From NCBI GenBank assembly GCA_045614145.1, contig JAZLCH010000011.1, forward strand, positions 4,198 to 68,197: a stretch of 64,000 nucleotides of DNA. Reading direction: 5' to 3'. The stretch's first letter is position 1. Each line of letters begins with the position of its first letter. Position numbers and translations under genes: made by a program. The notes under the pieces were generated by a model. It saw only the letters and a program-made list of their open reading frames with translations, was not told the origin of the DNA and ran no database searches. This DNA comes from Candidatus Enterousia sp. (lineage in GTDB: Bacteria; Pseudomonadota; Alphaproteobacteria; Rs-D84). Positions 28,076-37,765 of the stretch are shown here, piece after piece.

Positions 28076-29788
28076 ATGAAACACAAAACATCAGTATTTT
28101 ATTATTCGTTATTGTCCGCATTGTTGTGTGCATCAAATACGAATGCGGCAGGTATTCGTGTTGGAAATTTAACACGCAGCAATGCCCAGGGGTATCAACA
28201 GGTAAACGAAATGCGTTATAATTCGCCTGCAAACACTGCTGTGGCCCAACAGGAAATGCCCCCGGTTGCGTCGCCTGAATTACCAATACATGTTGCAAAC
28301 CCAGAAATTGCCGCCCAGGTACGATCGTCGCATTCTGATGCGCCGGTCAATGTTGCGCAATTAGAACGGTGTTCTATGATTTATCCAAACGGAAAATTTG
28401 AATGGGCGGGTCCGACATTGGGGCGTGGTGCCGGTGGGGCCTCGACATGTACGGCGGTGATTGAAATGCGCGCATACCAGGCCGGTTCTAACGGCAAAGA
28501 TTTGGTTGTTGCGCGTGCAAATTTGCCGGCAGGTGAATCTGTTCGTTGTAATATCTCAGAATTTCCAGAAGCGACATGGTTGTCTGATGCAGCTAAAATT
28601 GAATTTCCTGCAGACCGCGAACCGACGGTTGAAGACGTTGTTGCAGTTATGAATCAAGAACAAAAACAAGATGCAGGTCTAAAAATTGTTGCGGCTGCGC
28701 TGATTGGTGGTGTTGGTGGCAACATGATTGGGGATAATGCGCCGGGAAAAACAGGGCTGATTGGTGGCGGCCAGGATAAATTAAAGACCACAGCAATTGG
28801 CGCGCTGGGTGGTGCGGCATTAATGGTTGGTCATACCCAGGCGGGCAAGGTTGCCGGCGATACAATTTTATCAGCTGGCGTAAATGCGGCGGCTGGCGCG
28901 GTTGTTGGTAACATGGTTGCAACGAATGATGCGGTTCTGCGTATCGAAGATTGTATTGTTGATGGCCGCCAAACAACATGTTTATGGGGAATCGCCACCC
29001 AGGGGCGTCCCTTTACCGGCCAGGGCAGCGATGGCACTGGCACAACGGGGGCCACAACCAAAGTTGCCTTTTATAACATTCGCACCGAAGACACATATGT
29101 TTGCGATATCAACAGTGCGGGTGAATATGTAAATTGTGCACCGCGTGAATTGATATCGATTTCCCTGGGATGCGAAGGTGATAAAAGTCTGGATGATTTA
29201 CAGAAAATGAACTTTAATGGTTTTTGTACAGATGCGCGCTATGAAATGATATCTGGTGACGATGGTCGTCAAATGCGTGCGGCCACTGATGCGTCCGTTA
29301 CAGAAACAACGTTTATCAAAATACAATCAGCCAAGGTCGCAGATAAAAAAGAACCGGCCATGATTGCAGATGTATCTGACCGTGCTTTTGGATACAAGCG
29401 TTCGCAATGGACGGACGTAAAAAAGACGTTAAATGCTGATCGGATTTATTTGCGTAATAACAGCAACGAAGGCTATCGTCTGGATAATGTTAAATATAAT
29501 CTGGATGACTTTTATCCGATTTACCAGAATGCTGAAGATGGTGCCTTGATAGATTTCGGAAATCGGGCGCGATTAAAATCAACATTGACTGGTGCGGGTG
29601 TTGGCGGCGCGCTGGGCGCGTTCAGTGGTTATCAGGGGGCCAAACAAGATGTCCAGGAACGTTGGGCAACGGCAGTTCGTGAATATAAAGATTCCCTGGC
29701 CAAGGTGTATTGTGCCACGGGAACGCGTTACTTATCCCAGTATAATGATGTTGTTGTCATCCCGTCTATGACGGTGGCAGAGGAGTAA
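28076..29788 (+). CDS. secreted hypothetical protein with Gly-zipper region
   Basis: signal peptide; no recognised catalytic motifs. Confidence 0.45.
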   Translation: MKHKTSVFYYSLLSALLCASNTNAAGIRVGNLTRSNAQGYQQVNEMRYNSPANTAVAQQEMPPVASPELPIHVANPEIAAQVRSSHSDAPVNVAQLERCSMIYPNGKFEWAGPTLGRGAGGASTCTAVIEMRAYQAGSNGKDLVVARANLPAGESVRCNISEFPEATWLSDAAKIEFPADREPTVEDVVAVMNQEQKQDAGLKIVAAALIGGVGGNMIGDNAPGKTGLIGGGQDKLKTTAIGALGGAALMVGHTQAGKVAGDTILSAGVNAAAGAVVGNMVATNDAVLRIEDCIVDGRQTTCLWGIATQGRPFTGQGSDGTGTTGATTKVAFYNIRTEDTYVCDINSAGEYVNCAPRELISISLGCEGDKSLDDLQKMNFNGFCTDARYEMISGDDGRQMRAATDASVTETTFIKIQSAKVADKKEPAMIADVSDRAFGYKRSQWTDVKKTLNADRIYLRNNSNEGYRLDNVKYNLDDFYPIYQNAEDGALIDFGNRARLKSTLTGAGVGGALGAFSGYQGAKQDVQERWATAVREYKDSLAKVYCATGTRYLSQYNDVVVIPSMTVAEE

Positions 29789-29789
29789 A

Positions 29790-29815
29790 AAAACGCCCGT
29801 CCGGGCGTTTTTTTA
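29790..29815. terminator. bidirectional intrinsic terminator
   Basis: aaaaaacgcccgtccgggcgttttttt. Confidence 0.6.
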
Positions 29816-30094
29816 TCGTGTCTTTTGCGCGGTGTTTAATGTTTTATATGGGGTCTTGGCGTTTTCAGATTGTACTGCAACGCAAAAATCAATCAGATCG
29901 CCCACTGTTGTAAAGTTTGGAACAAGGCGCAAATCAATTTTTGGTAATTTGTATTCTTTTTCAATGTTCATAAATATTTCAACCTGGTCTAGCGAATCCA
30001 GATTCAAATCATCTTTTAATTTTGATTTGTCTGATATCTGCTTTATCCCGGTCATCTGTTCGATTATTCTATAAATAGACATTTTCATATTCAT
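29813..30094 (-). CDS. acyl carrier protein-like
   Basis: DLNLDSLDQVEIFM phosphopantetheine attachment motif. Confidence 0.6.
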   Translation of the reverse strand: MNMKMSIYRIIEQMTGIKQISDKSKLKDDLNLDSLDQVEIFMNIEKEYKLPKIDLRLVPNFTTVGDLIDFCVAVQSENAKTPYKTLNTAQKTR

Positions 30095-30157
30095 GATGTA
30101 TCCTTTTTATTGTTATACTGGAATGCAATATATCACAAAGTATAAAATCGTCAATAA

Positions 30158-30180
30158 AAAACCGCCGTTGGCGGTTAAGA
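30158..30180 (-). terminator. intrinsic terminator for ferredoxin gene
   Basis: aaccgccaacggcgg hairpin followed by T-run on minus strand. Confidence 0.5.
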
Positions 30181-30187
30181 TAAGAGA

Positions 30188-30367
30188 TCTTGCGCTTTTA
30201 TGCGTCTGGGGCGATTGCGCCAACCGGACAGATTGATGCGCATGTGCCGCACGAAATGCACTTTGCCGGGTCAATCACGCATTTGCCATCGGGGCCAACA
30301 GATATTGCGCATACTGGGCACATTCCCATACATGTATGACATCCGATGCATTTATTTGGGTCGATTT
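30188..30367 (-). CDS. 2x[4Fe-4S] ferredoxin (59 aa, missed by ORF track)
   Basis: manual translation MTYKIDPNKCIGCHTCMGMCPVCAIS...CISCGTCASICPVGAI: two CxxCxxCxxxCP motifs. Confidence 0.7.
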
Positions 30368-30395
30368 TATAAGTCATTTTTTTACTCCTTGTACC

Positions 30396-31109
30396 TTATT
30401 CACGATTAAACAAACTTAACAGATATTGGAACATTGCGATAAATGATATGTATAAATGCAACGCGCCCAAGACTGCCAACTGATTCTTTTGATTTCCGTC
30501 GCCCAGAACGGCATAGGCGCGTTTCAGGTTCTGCATATCATACGCGGTAAACAGTGCGAACACCAGCACCCCGATAAAGCATACAATTGTGCCAAACACG
30601 CCGCCCATCATTGCCGGCCATATAAAAGACAACAATCCGACCAAGATTAAACCAACCATCCCCATGGTCAGGAAAATCCCCATAAAGGACAAGTCTTTGA
30701 TTGTTTTATATCCAAACACCGCCATGCATGCGAACATTAACGCCGCGACAATAAACGCCATTAAGATAGAGCCTGGATTTACCGACAACGCAACTGCAAT
30801 CAATGGTGTCATTGTTACGCCAATCAATACCGCATACAGCATCAGCAGCAATGCCGCCGTCGCAGGTTTCATGCTGAACACGCGCACCTGGGCCCATATT
30901 GACAGTGCCAGACCGCCAAACAGCAATATATAATACAGCCCCGACATACCACCAGTATTCAAATTAAATAAATATTGCAGTCCACCGCCCCAAATGGTCA
31001 TATATGCCGCCGCCGCTGTCACGCCAACCGCGCCAAACATCAATCCAAATATACGTTTTAAATAAGATTCGATGCCTGTTGGCTTTGTGAATGATTTTAT
31101 ACCTGTCAT
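30396..31109 (-). CDS. Bax inhibitor-1/YccA family membrane protein
   Basis: 7-TM hydrophobic profile; family-like C-terminal region. Confidence 0.7.
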   Translation of the reverse strand: MTGIKSFTKPTGIESYLKRIFGLMFGAVGVTAAAAYMTIWGGGLQYLFNLNTGGMSGLYYILLFGGLALSIWAQVRVFSMKPATAALLLMLYAVLIGVTMTPLIAVALSVNPGSILMAFIVAALMFACMAVFGYKTIKDLSFMGIFLTMGMVGLILVGLLSFIWPAMMGGVFGTIVCFIGVLVFALFTAYDMQNLKRAYAVLGDGNQKNQLAVLGALHLYISFIAMFQYLLSLFNRE

Positions 31110-31186
31110 TAATCTTTCTCCTTGTTACTTTGATAAAAATATAATACAATGGCATATGTATTTCAAGATTAAAAAAGGATATTAAT

Positions 31187-31417
31187 ATGCCAACAAAACA
31201 CAGTTATGAACGTAAACAACGTGCAGCCATGATTCCTGAGCGTCTGGATGTAACTCATAAACCTAAGAAAAAAGACAATATGGCGGCTGTTCGCAGTGAA
31301 TTAGAACATGCCGAAGCTCGTTTGCAAGAAATGATTGCCAAAAAAGATGAAAAGGGAATCAAAAAAATGCGTGAAATTGTTACAAATCTGCAGGGAACAA
31401 TCGCACGTTCAAAATAA
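31187..31417 (+). CDS. hypothetical small protein
   Basis: 76-aa basic ORF. Confidence 0.3.
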   Translation: MPTKHSYERKQRAAMIPERLDVTHKPKKKDNMAAVRSELEHAEARLQEMIAKKDEKGIKKMREIVTNLQGTIARSK

Positions 31418-31512
31418 TAAAACAGCATGATGTAGCCGCGTATACACCCACCCTGATATAGATTTGTGCTGGGCGTTTACGCGGCGTATTAAATTAACGG
31501 GGCAATACGAAA

Positions 31513-32310
31513 ATGGCGCTGGTTATAGAACCGATTTCGCCGATTGCGTTCAGTATGTTTGGACTGGATGTTCGCTGGTATGCACTGGCATACGTTTCAG
31601 GGTTTGTATTGGGGTATTACCTGTTCAAGCGTTTGATGTCTGCCCCCAGCAGCATGGTTAAATTAACCAAGAAGCAATTGGATGACCTGTTAACCTGGGT
31701 TGTTTTTGGTGTTATTCTGGGCGGTCGTCTGGGGTATGTGCTGTTCTATGATCTGGGGTACTTTCTGTTGCACCCGCTGGAAATATTTGCTGTCTGGCAC
31801 GGGGGGATGAGCTTTCATGGCGGTCTGATTGGTGTAATCATATCCACATTTTTATTTGCCAGAACCCATCGATTAAATCCCTGGTCTGTACTGGACATAA
31901 TGTCGGTTTGCGCGCCAATTGGTCTGTTTTTTGGGCGCGTTGCGAACTTTATAAATCGCGAAGTCATGGGGCGCCCCAGTGACGTACCCTGGGCGGTTGT
32001 TTTCAATGGTGACACGCCAATTCCGCGCCACCCCAGCCCATTGTACGAAGCCACCACCGAAGGCATATTATTATTTGCTATAATGTATTGTCTGTACAGA
32101 TATACAAATTTGCGAAAATATCCAGGCGCGTTGGGCGGTATAATGGGTATGGGATACGCGATATTCCGTATGTTCTGTGAATTATTCCGTGCGCCAGATG
32201 CCCAGATTGGATTTTTAACGTCATGGCATCTGACGATGGGGCAGTTGTTGTCGGGCATAATGTTTTTTGCAGGATTATTAATTTTTGTATTTGCAATTCG
32301 CAAAAAATAA
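31513..32310 (+). CDS. lgt: prolipoprotein diacylglyceryl transferase
   Basis: GGMSFHGGLIGV Lgt signature. Confidence 0.85.
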   Translation: MALVIEPISPIAFSMFGLDVRWYALAYVSGFVLGYYLFKRLMSAPSSMVKLTKKQLDDLLTWVVFGVILGGRLGYVLFYDLGYFLLHPLEIFAVWHGGMSFHGGLIGVIISTFLFARTHRLNPWSVLDIMSVCAPIGLFFGRVANFINREVMGRPSDVPWAVVFNGDTPIPRHPSPLYEATTEGILLFAIMYCLYRYTNLRKYPGALGGIMGMGYAIFRMFCELFRAPDAQIGFLTSWHLTMGQLLSGIMFFAGLLIFVFAIRKK

Positions 32311-32344
32311 TGTACAATACACGCCGTTGAGTTTTTAGCTTTAC

Positions 32345-32369
32345 AAACAGTTTCGGATGGTTGGCAGAG
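32345..32369 (+). repeat. upstream direct repeat of tRNA-Ser 5' flank plus first 15 nt of tRNA (second copy 32472-32496)
   Basis: 25/25 identity aaacagtttcggatggttggcagag. Confidence 0.7.
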
Positions 32370-32481
32370 TGTGTTGAGGCGTGCGAGTCTTGACTACGAG
32401 CGCCAGCGAAGTGGAGTGCGAGCGGACAAAGTCCCGTGAAGCACCAAAACCGTAGGTTGAAAGACCGACGGAAACAGTTTC

Positions 32482-32571
32482 GGATGGTTGGCAGAGCGGT
32501 CGAATGCGGCGGTCTTGAAAACCGTTGTGGGGGCAACTCCACCGGGGGTTCGAATCCCTCACCATCCGCCA
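32482..32571 (+). tRNA. tRNA-Ser (anticodon TGA)
   Basis: 90 nt, long variable arm, anticodon loop CTTGAAA, CCA end. Confidence 0.9.
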
Positions 32572-32578
32572 GTAATAA

Positions 32579-32607
32579 AAAAATCACCCCAACGGGGTGT
32601 TTTTTTA
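32579..32607 (+). terminator. intrinsic terminator after tRNA-Ser
   Basis: caccccaacggggtg hairpin plus T7. Confidence 0.7.
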
Positions 32608-32739
32608 TTGCTACCAGTATGGCATCGGGTTCAATTCAACAACGTCAGTTGTTCTGGGTTCGACAATGAGTAGATTTGATAAGCTCTGCGCAATCAAATC
32701 GTTAGGAATGCCCCGCAGGCATGAAATGCCGAGGGAATA

Positions 32740-32783
32740 CTCACCATCCGCCAGTAATAAAAAATCACCCCAACGGGGTGTTT
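32740..32783 (+). repeat. direct repeat of tRNA-Ser 3' end plus terminator hairpin (first copy 32558-32603)
   Basis: about 44/45 identity ctcaccatccgccagtaataaaaaatcaccccaacggggtgttt. Confidence 0.7.
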
Positions 32784-32786
32784 AAT

Positions 32787-33488
32787 TTATTCACGCCATA
32801 TAACGGATTTAAACATGCTGTTTATTTTGGCTTTTAATTCCATGTCTGTAAAAAACTGATTTCGCATCGCGTCTGTGGTTTTGTGGGTATCCGTTTCAAA
32901 ATGCGGTATATATTTTTGTATTGCGACATTTTGCACACCGCGCACTGACAAAATATCCATAATTTCCATCAGATTATCTTTGTCGATAAACAGTGGGTCG
33001 CATGTTATGCGAACCTCAAAGTCCTTGTTATGGGTGATTAAAATATCCAAACTGCGTATCATGTTGTTGTACGCAATATCCTGGCCGGTCAGGTCTGGGT
33101 ATTTTTCGCGCGTTGCTTTGAAATCCAACCCGACCCAGTCAATTATATCAATCGCCTGTTCCAAAGTGTTCGGATAAAATCCATTTGTGTGCAGTCCAAT
33201 TTTAAATCCCAGATTGCGCACACGTTGCATATACTCGATTGTGGCACCTCCTTGCATTAACGCTTCGCCACCTGAAAATACAATTGCCTCTAACCGGCCT
33301 GTGCGTGATTGAATCCAATCCATAACGCGTTCTGGGTCATATTCACCGTCGCCCGGGCATAATAAATGGGGGTTAGAACAATACGCACACTTCAACGGAC
33401 AGCCCACCAGAAACAAAACCGCGGCCAGTTTCCCTGGGTAATCAATTGTAGTGAATGATACTAACCCCCCAATCTGAATATCGCGCAT
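32787..33488 (-). CDS. nrdG: anaerobic ribonucleotide reductase activating protein (radical SAM)
   Basis: GCPLKCAYCSNP CxxxCxxC; adjacent to nrdD. Confidence 0.8.
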   Translation of the reverse strand: MRDIQIGGLVSFTTIDYPGKLAAVLFLVGCPLKCAYCSNPHLLCPGDGEYDPERVMDWIQSRTGRLEAIVFSGGEALMQGGATIEYMQRVRNLGFKIGLHTNGFYPNTLEQAIDIIDWVGLDFKATREKYPDLTGQDIAYNNMIRSLDILITHNKDFEVRITCDPLFIDKDNLMEIMDILSVRGVQNVAIQKYIPHFETDTHKTTDAMRNQFFTDMELKAKINSMFKSVIWRE

Positions 33489-33493
33489 AATGA

Positions 33494-33676
33494 TTACGCC
33501 GCACGTTTTAACAAATCATAATGACGCTGACCTGCGCTTAAGCTGTTTTCTTCTGTAAAGGTTTTACGTTCACAGAATTCAGAATACTTACCAATATTAA
33601 AATTTCTTACTGGGCGAATAAATCCCATAGAACGTGAAAAAATTTCGCATGGTGTTCTGGTTGCTGTATTGGTCAT
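33494..33676 (-). CDS. small protein resembling the glycyl-radical C-terminal tail of NrdD
   Basis: SRSMGFIRPVRNFNIGKYSEFCER resembles class III RNR glycyl radical region (R..G[YF]...P...N.GK..E..R); own RBS gggaggag. Confidence 0.5.
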   Translation of the reverse strand: MTNTATRTPCEIFSRSMGFIRPVRNFNIGKYSEFCERKTFTEENSLSAGQRHYDLLKRAA

Positions 33677-33715
33677 AATTTTCTCCTCCCTTTTTTTATG
33701 ATTTGTTTTATGACA

Positions 33716-35758
33716 TTAATTGTTTTGTTCTATTTTGTCCTGGTTTGCAGCGTTTTCTGCATCGCACTTTGGACAGAATTCATGTTTTCCCGGCAGATAA
33801 CCGTGCTTTGGGCAGATTGAAAATGTTGGTGCCAGTGTCATATATGGCACCTTGTAGTTTTCAAAAATCGTGCGCACAATTTTCTGAGCGGCGTCCCCAC
33901 TGGAAACAGGTTCACCCATATACAGATGCAACATTGTGCCGCCTGTATATTTGCGCTGTAATTCTTCTTGGTGTTCCAGTGCGACAAACGGATCGTCTGT
34001 AAAGTTCACTGGCAACTGGGTTGAATTTGTATAGTATGGCGCGTCTTTGGTTCCTGCTGTGATAATATCTGGGAAATTCTTAACATCCGTTTTTGCAAAG
34101 CGGTATGAACATCCCTCGGCCGGTGTTGCCTCCAGATTATACAGGTTGCCCGTCTGTTCTTGGAATGTTGCCAGATTTTCACGGATAAAGTCCATGACAT
34201 CCAGTACCAGCTTTTTCCCCATTGGTGTTGCAATATTTTCGCGGTCACCTGTAAAGTTGCGAACCATTTCATTTGCGCCATTTACACCGATTGTTGAAAA
34301 GTGATGATTCCAATCTCCCAGATAGCGTTTTGTAAATGGATACAACCCGCGTTCCATATTCTTGGAAATAATATCACGCTTGATTTCCAGTGCATCACGA
34401 CCCAAATCCAACAGGCGTTTCAGTTCTGTAAATAATCCTTCACGGTTTCCACGATGTATATAACCCAAACGTGCCAGGTTGATTGTGATAACGCCAATTG
34501 AACCTGTCTTTTCTGCAGAACCAAACAGTCCACCACCGCGCTTTAACAATTCGCGCACATCCAAACGCAGTCGACAGCACATTGAACGAACATCCGTCGG
34601 GTTCAAGTCAGAATTCAAGAAGTTCTGGAAATTTGGAATCCCATACTTTGCCGCCAAATCAAACAAAGGTCCCACATTTGGGTGTTCCCATGGGAAATCC
34701 GGTGTAATATTGTATGTTGGAATTGGGAAAGTAAATGGACGACCCAGCGCATCACCTTCGGTCATAACCTCCAGAAACGCTTTATTAATCATATCCATTT
34801 CTGCCTGCAGTTCTCCGTATGTAAAGTCTGTCTGTTTGCGACCTATAAACGGACGCTGTGACCTTAAATCTTCTGGGCATGTCCAGTCGAATGTAAAGTT
34901 AATAAATGGCGTCTGTGTTCCCCAACGGCATGGTACCGCGCAGTTAAAGATAAGTGTCTGCATTGCATTTTTCACATCTGCATATGACAAATTATCGATG
35001 CGAACATATGGGGCCAGATATGTGTCCACAGATGAAAACGCCTGTGCGCCTGCAAATTCATTCTGCAATGTACCCAAGAAGTTTACCATATGTGAAATCG
35101 CTGTTGCCATGTGGCGTGCCGGTTCGCACTGCAAATACCCATCAACCCCGTTAAAACCTTCGTATAACAATTCACGCAGTGACCATCCCGCACAATATCC
35201 CGTCAACCAGCCCAAATCATGAACATGAATTGCGGCGGTCTTATGTGCCTCAGCAACCGCCCGCGGATACAGGTTCAACCAATATTCCGCGGTTACGCGT
35301 TCGCTGGTACGCAATATCAGCCCACCGATGGAATAGCCGACATTTGCATTTTCTTTGATGCGCCAGTTTGACCCACCGACATACCCTTCGATAATATCAA
35401 CCGCATCAACCATAGATTCGCGGATTTCCGTGCGTTTTTGGCGATATATGATATAGGCTTCGGCTGTTTTATATGCGCGCGCATCCATCAATGTCTGAAT
35501 AACAACATCCTGTATTGCTTCAACAGTTGGTGTTTTTTCTGCAAACTTTTCATCCAGTCGCTTTAACACATCTTGTGTTATCTTAACAACTTCTACATCT
35601 GAAATTTCCGTAGTAACTGCGACCGCCTTTTTAATTGCTTCATATATTTTTTTTGAATCAAATGGTACGGTTTCACCGCTGCGCTTTTGAACTGCCACCA
35701 GGCGCGTTGTCAGCGTTGGTGTAATTTGAATTTGTACTTCATTTTGTGTTTCTGACAT
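33716..35758 (-). CDS. nrdD: anaerobic ribonucleoside-triphosphate reductase body (ATP-cone plus catalytic barrel plus Zn ribbon), lacking glycyl radical tail
   Basis: N-terminal ATP-cone (VQKRSGETVPFDSKKIYEAIKKA); C-terminal CPKHG...CPKCD; start chosen at MSETQ with GGAG RBS. Confidence 0.8.
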   Translation of the reverse strand: MSETQNEVQIQITPTLTTRLVAVQKRSGETVPFDSKKIYEAIKKAVAVTTEISDVEVVKITQDVLKRLDEKFAEKTPTVEAIQDVVIQTLMDARAYKTAEAYIIYRQKRTEIRESMVDAVDIIEGYVGGSNWRIKENANVGYSIGGLILRTSERVTAEYWLNLYPRAVAEAHKTAAIHVHDLGWLTGYCAGWSLRELLYEGFNGVDGYLQCEPARHMATAISHMVNFLGTLQNEFAGAQAFSSVDTYLAPYVRIDNLSYADVKNAMQTLIFNCAVPCRWGTQTPFINFTFDWTCPEDLRSQRPFIGRKQTDFTYGELQAEMDMINKAFLEVMTEGDALGRPFTFPIPTYNITPDFPWEHPNVGPLFDLAAKYGIPNFQNFLNSDLNPTDVRSMCCRLRLDVRELLKRGGGLFGSAEKTGSIGVITINLARLGYIHRGNREGLFTELKRLLDLGRDALEIKRDIISKNMERGLYPFTKRYLGDWNHHFSTIGVNGANEMVRNFTGDRENIATPMGKKLVLDVMDFIRENLATFQEQTGNLYNLEATPAEGCSYRFAKTDVKNFPDIITAGTKDAPYYTNSTQLPVNFTDDPFVALEHQEELQRKYTGGTMLHLYMGEPVSSGDAAQKIVRTIFENYKVPYMTLAPTFSICPKHGYLPGKHEFCPKCDAENAANQDKIEQNN

Positions 35759-35782
35759 CTTTCTAACTCCAATCTTGTAAAA

Positions 35783-35832
35783 ACACAACATATAGTGGTT
35801 GTCTGTTTGTTTCGATAACAATATATAGTGAA
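35783..35832. promoter_or_regulatory. two putative NrdR boxes upstream of nrdD
   Basis: acacaacatatagtgg and aacaatatatagtgaa, 33 bp apart, 25-75 bp upstream of nrdD start. Confidence 0.4.
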
Positions 35833-36175
35833 TCGCTTTTGTAAGCAATCTATAAAAAAGAAAAAAAAATTATTTTTCGCTTTACTTTTAAAAAGGCTAG
35901 TATTCCGCATGCCTCAGACCAAAACAGAATCGGAAAATATGTACGAACGTTTCTTTTGTGTATGAAAAAAAGTTTTTTTATGTGGGAAATGATTCGTTTT
36001 TTGTGTTTTTTTACAAAATATTGATTAAAAAATGCGAATCAGTGTCTATATATTGTATTTTTAGGAATCGAACTGATTGTTATTTATAGGTTGTAATTCC
36101 TGTCAAAAATGACTATATTCAATATATCGCAGCTGTGGTGGTTGCGTCTATGTTTAACGAAATTAAGGCATAATT

Positions 36176-37765
36176 ATGATTAAAAACATATATGAAATGC
36201 TGCAAGATGTATGTTCGCGGAACAAAGACGGTATTTTCTTTGTGCGCCAGAACGAAACCTATGCAGACTTGTTGAAAAAGGTGAAACAGCGTGCCGTATT
36301 ATTGGCGCAGCGTTTTGGTATTAAAAAGGGCGACACTGTTGCGATTTTGTCTGGCAATACACCCGACTTTTTGCGTACATACTTTGCCATCACGTCCCAG
36401 GGGGCGCGTGCATTAATGCTGGATACGGGGTTAAATACCACCGAACACATCAATATGATGAAACGCACTGATTGTAAATTAGTCATGGCCCAGCAATCTA
36501 TGTTCATTGACGATGCGCCATGTCCAATGTTTGACATCGAGAATATTGATGACACTGATGAAAATGAATTTACAATGGCGCAAACCGAACGCAGTGATAT
36601 TGCACAATTGTCGTTTACATCTGGTTCGACTGGAAACCCCAAGGTGGTCGGCCTGACCCATGAAAACCTGATTGCCTTGTCAGACGGGGCCCAGTTTTAT
36701 AAAGATGTAATTTTACCAGGCTATACCTTCTATGGTTTTTTGCCGCTGTATCATATATATGGTGTGGTAATTAATATTATTGTACCAGTCGCATTACAGG
36801 GTAAATTATTATTACAGCCTGTATTAAAACCCCAAGAATTTATCAAAGATTTTAAGCAATACAAGCCCGAAGTAATCCCCGCTGTTCCCCGTATTTGGGA
36901 GGTTTTCTATAAAAAGATTGTGGACAGTGCGCGCGACAAACATGTCTGGACATTAATGCGTATAATTGTTTCTATGCGCAAGGTGTTACGCGCAATCGGC
37001 CTGGGCGGGTTGGTTGACAAAGTAACCAAACCTGTACACGACGCGTTCGGTGGTAATACCAAGGTTTTGGTGTCTGCGGGTGCAACATTAAAGCCATCAA
37101 TTCGCAAGTTCTATGAAAGTATGGGCTTTGTTGTTGGTGATTGTTATGGTCTGACTGAAACGACAGGGCCTGCGAACTTTAACTTTGCATTTCGCAAACC
37201 TGATGGTTCCATGTATTATGCGGGGCCGTTGCCGGGCAATGAAATCCAGATTCACAATCCTGATAAAAATGGAATTGGTGAAATTTGGGTTCGCGGAAAC
37301 ATGGTTATGCCGGGATATTTGGAAAACGATGCCGCCAACGCTGAAGCGTTCGAACAGGGGTGGTTTAAAACGGGTGACATTGGCTGCCTGGATAAATATG
37401 GGCGTCTGACGGTCAAGGGGCGCCAGAAACAGGTTATTGTTCTGGACAGTGGAAAAAATGTATATCCCGATGAACTGGAAGACCTGTACATGCAAAACGA
37501 TGAAATCTTGAATGCAGCGGTATTTGAATATGTAATCAAAGACAAAATCGTACCATTCGCTGTTTTCCAGGTAAAACCAGGCACAACTGTTGAACGCGTT
37601 GCATTACTGTTAAAGAAATCCAATTTGGCAATCGCGCAATATAAATGGGTTAAACATTTTGCGATTACCGAAGAAGAACTGCCATCAACATCTGCGAAAA
37701 AGGTTAAGCACTTTGCTGTTCGCGATATGTTGGATGGTGGCGCTTTTACACGTGCTGAAAACTAA
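36176..37765 (+). CDS. AMP-dependent acyl-CoA synthetase/ligase
   Basis: SFTSGSTGNPKVVGLTHENL AMP-binding motif. Confidence 0.8.
   Translation: MIKNIYEMLQDVCSRNKDGIFFVRQNETYADLLKKVKQRAVLLAQRFGIKKGDTVAILSGNTPDFLRTYFAITSQGARALMLDTGLNTTEHINMMKRTDCKLVMAQQSMFIDDAPCPMFDIENIDDTDENEFTMAQTERSDIAQLSFTSGSTGNPKVVGLTHENLIALSDGAQFYKDVILPGYTFYGFLPLYHIYGVVINIIVPVALQGKLLLQPVLKPQEFIKDFKQYKPEVIPAVPRIWEVFYKKIVDSARDKHVWTLMRIIVSMRKVLRAIGLGGLVDKVTKPVHDAFGGNTKVLVSAGATLKPSIRKFYESMGFVVGDCYGLTETTGPANFNFAFRKPDGSMYYAGPLPGNEIQIHNPDKNGIGEIWVRGNMVMPGYLENDAANAEAFEQGWFKTGDIGCLDKYGRLTVKGRQKQVIVLDSGKNVYPDELEDLYMQNDEILNAAVFEYVIKDKIVPFAVFQVKPGTTVERVALLLKKSNLAIAQYKWVKHFAITEEELPSTSAKKVKHFAVRDMLDGGAFTRAEN

Noticed and set aside
32341-32471. 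Group I intron or tRNA-Sec upstream of tRNA-Ser
   Set aside because: The duplicated segment includes non-tRNA upstream flank, so it is a duplication of locus sequence rather than an interrupted tRNA. No TCA anticodon stem-loop or conserved intron P/Q/R/S elements could be identified by eye.
32078-32785. ORFs 32078-32587(-), 32341-32565(-), 32436-32669(+), 32488-32673(+), 32597-32785(+)
   Set aside because: They run through the tRNA-Ser gene and its duplicated flanks; they are artefacts of the tRNA and repeat sequence.
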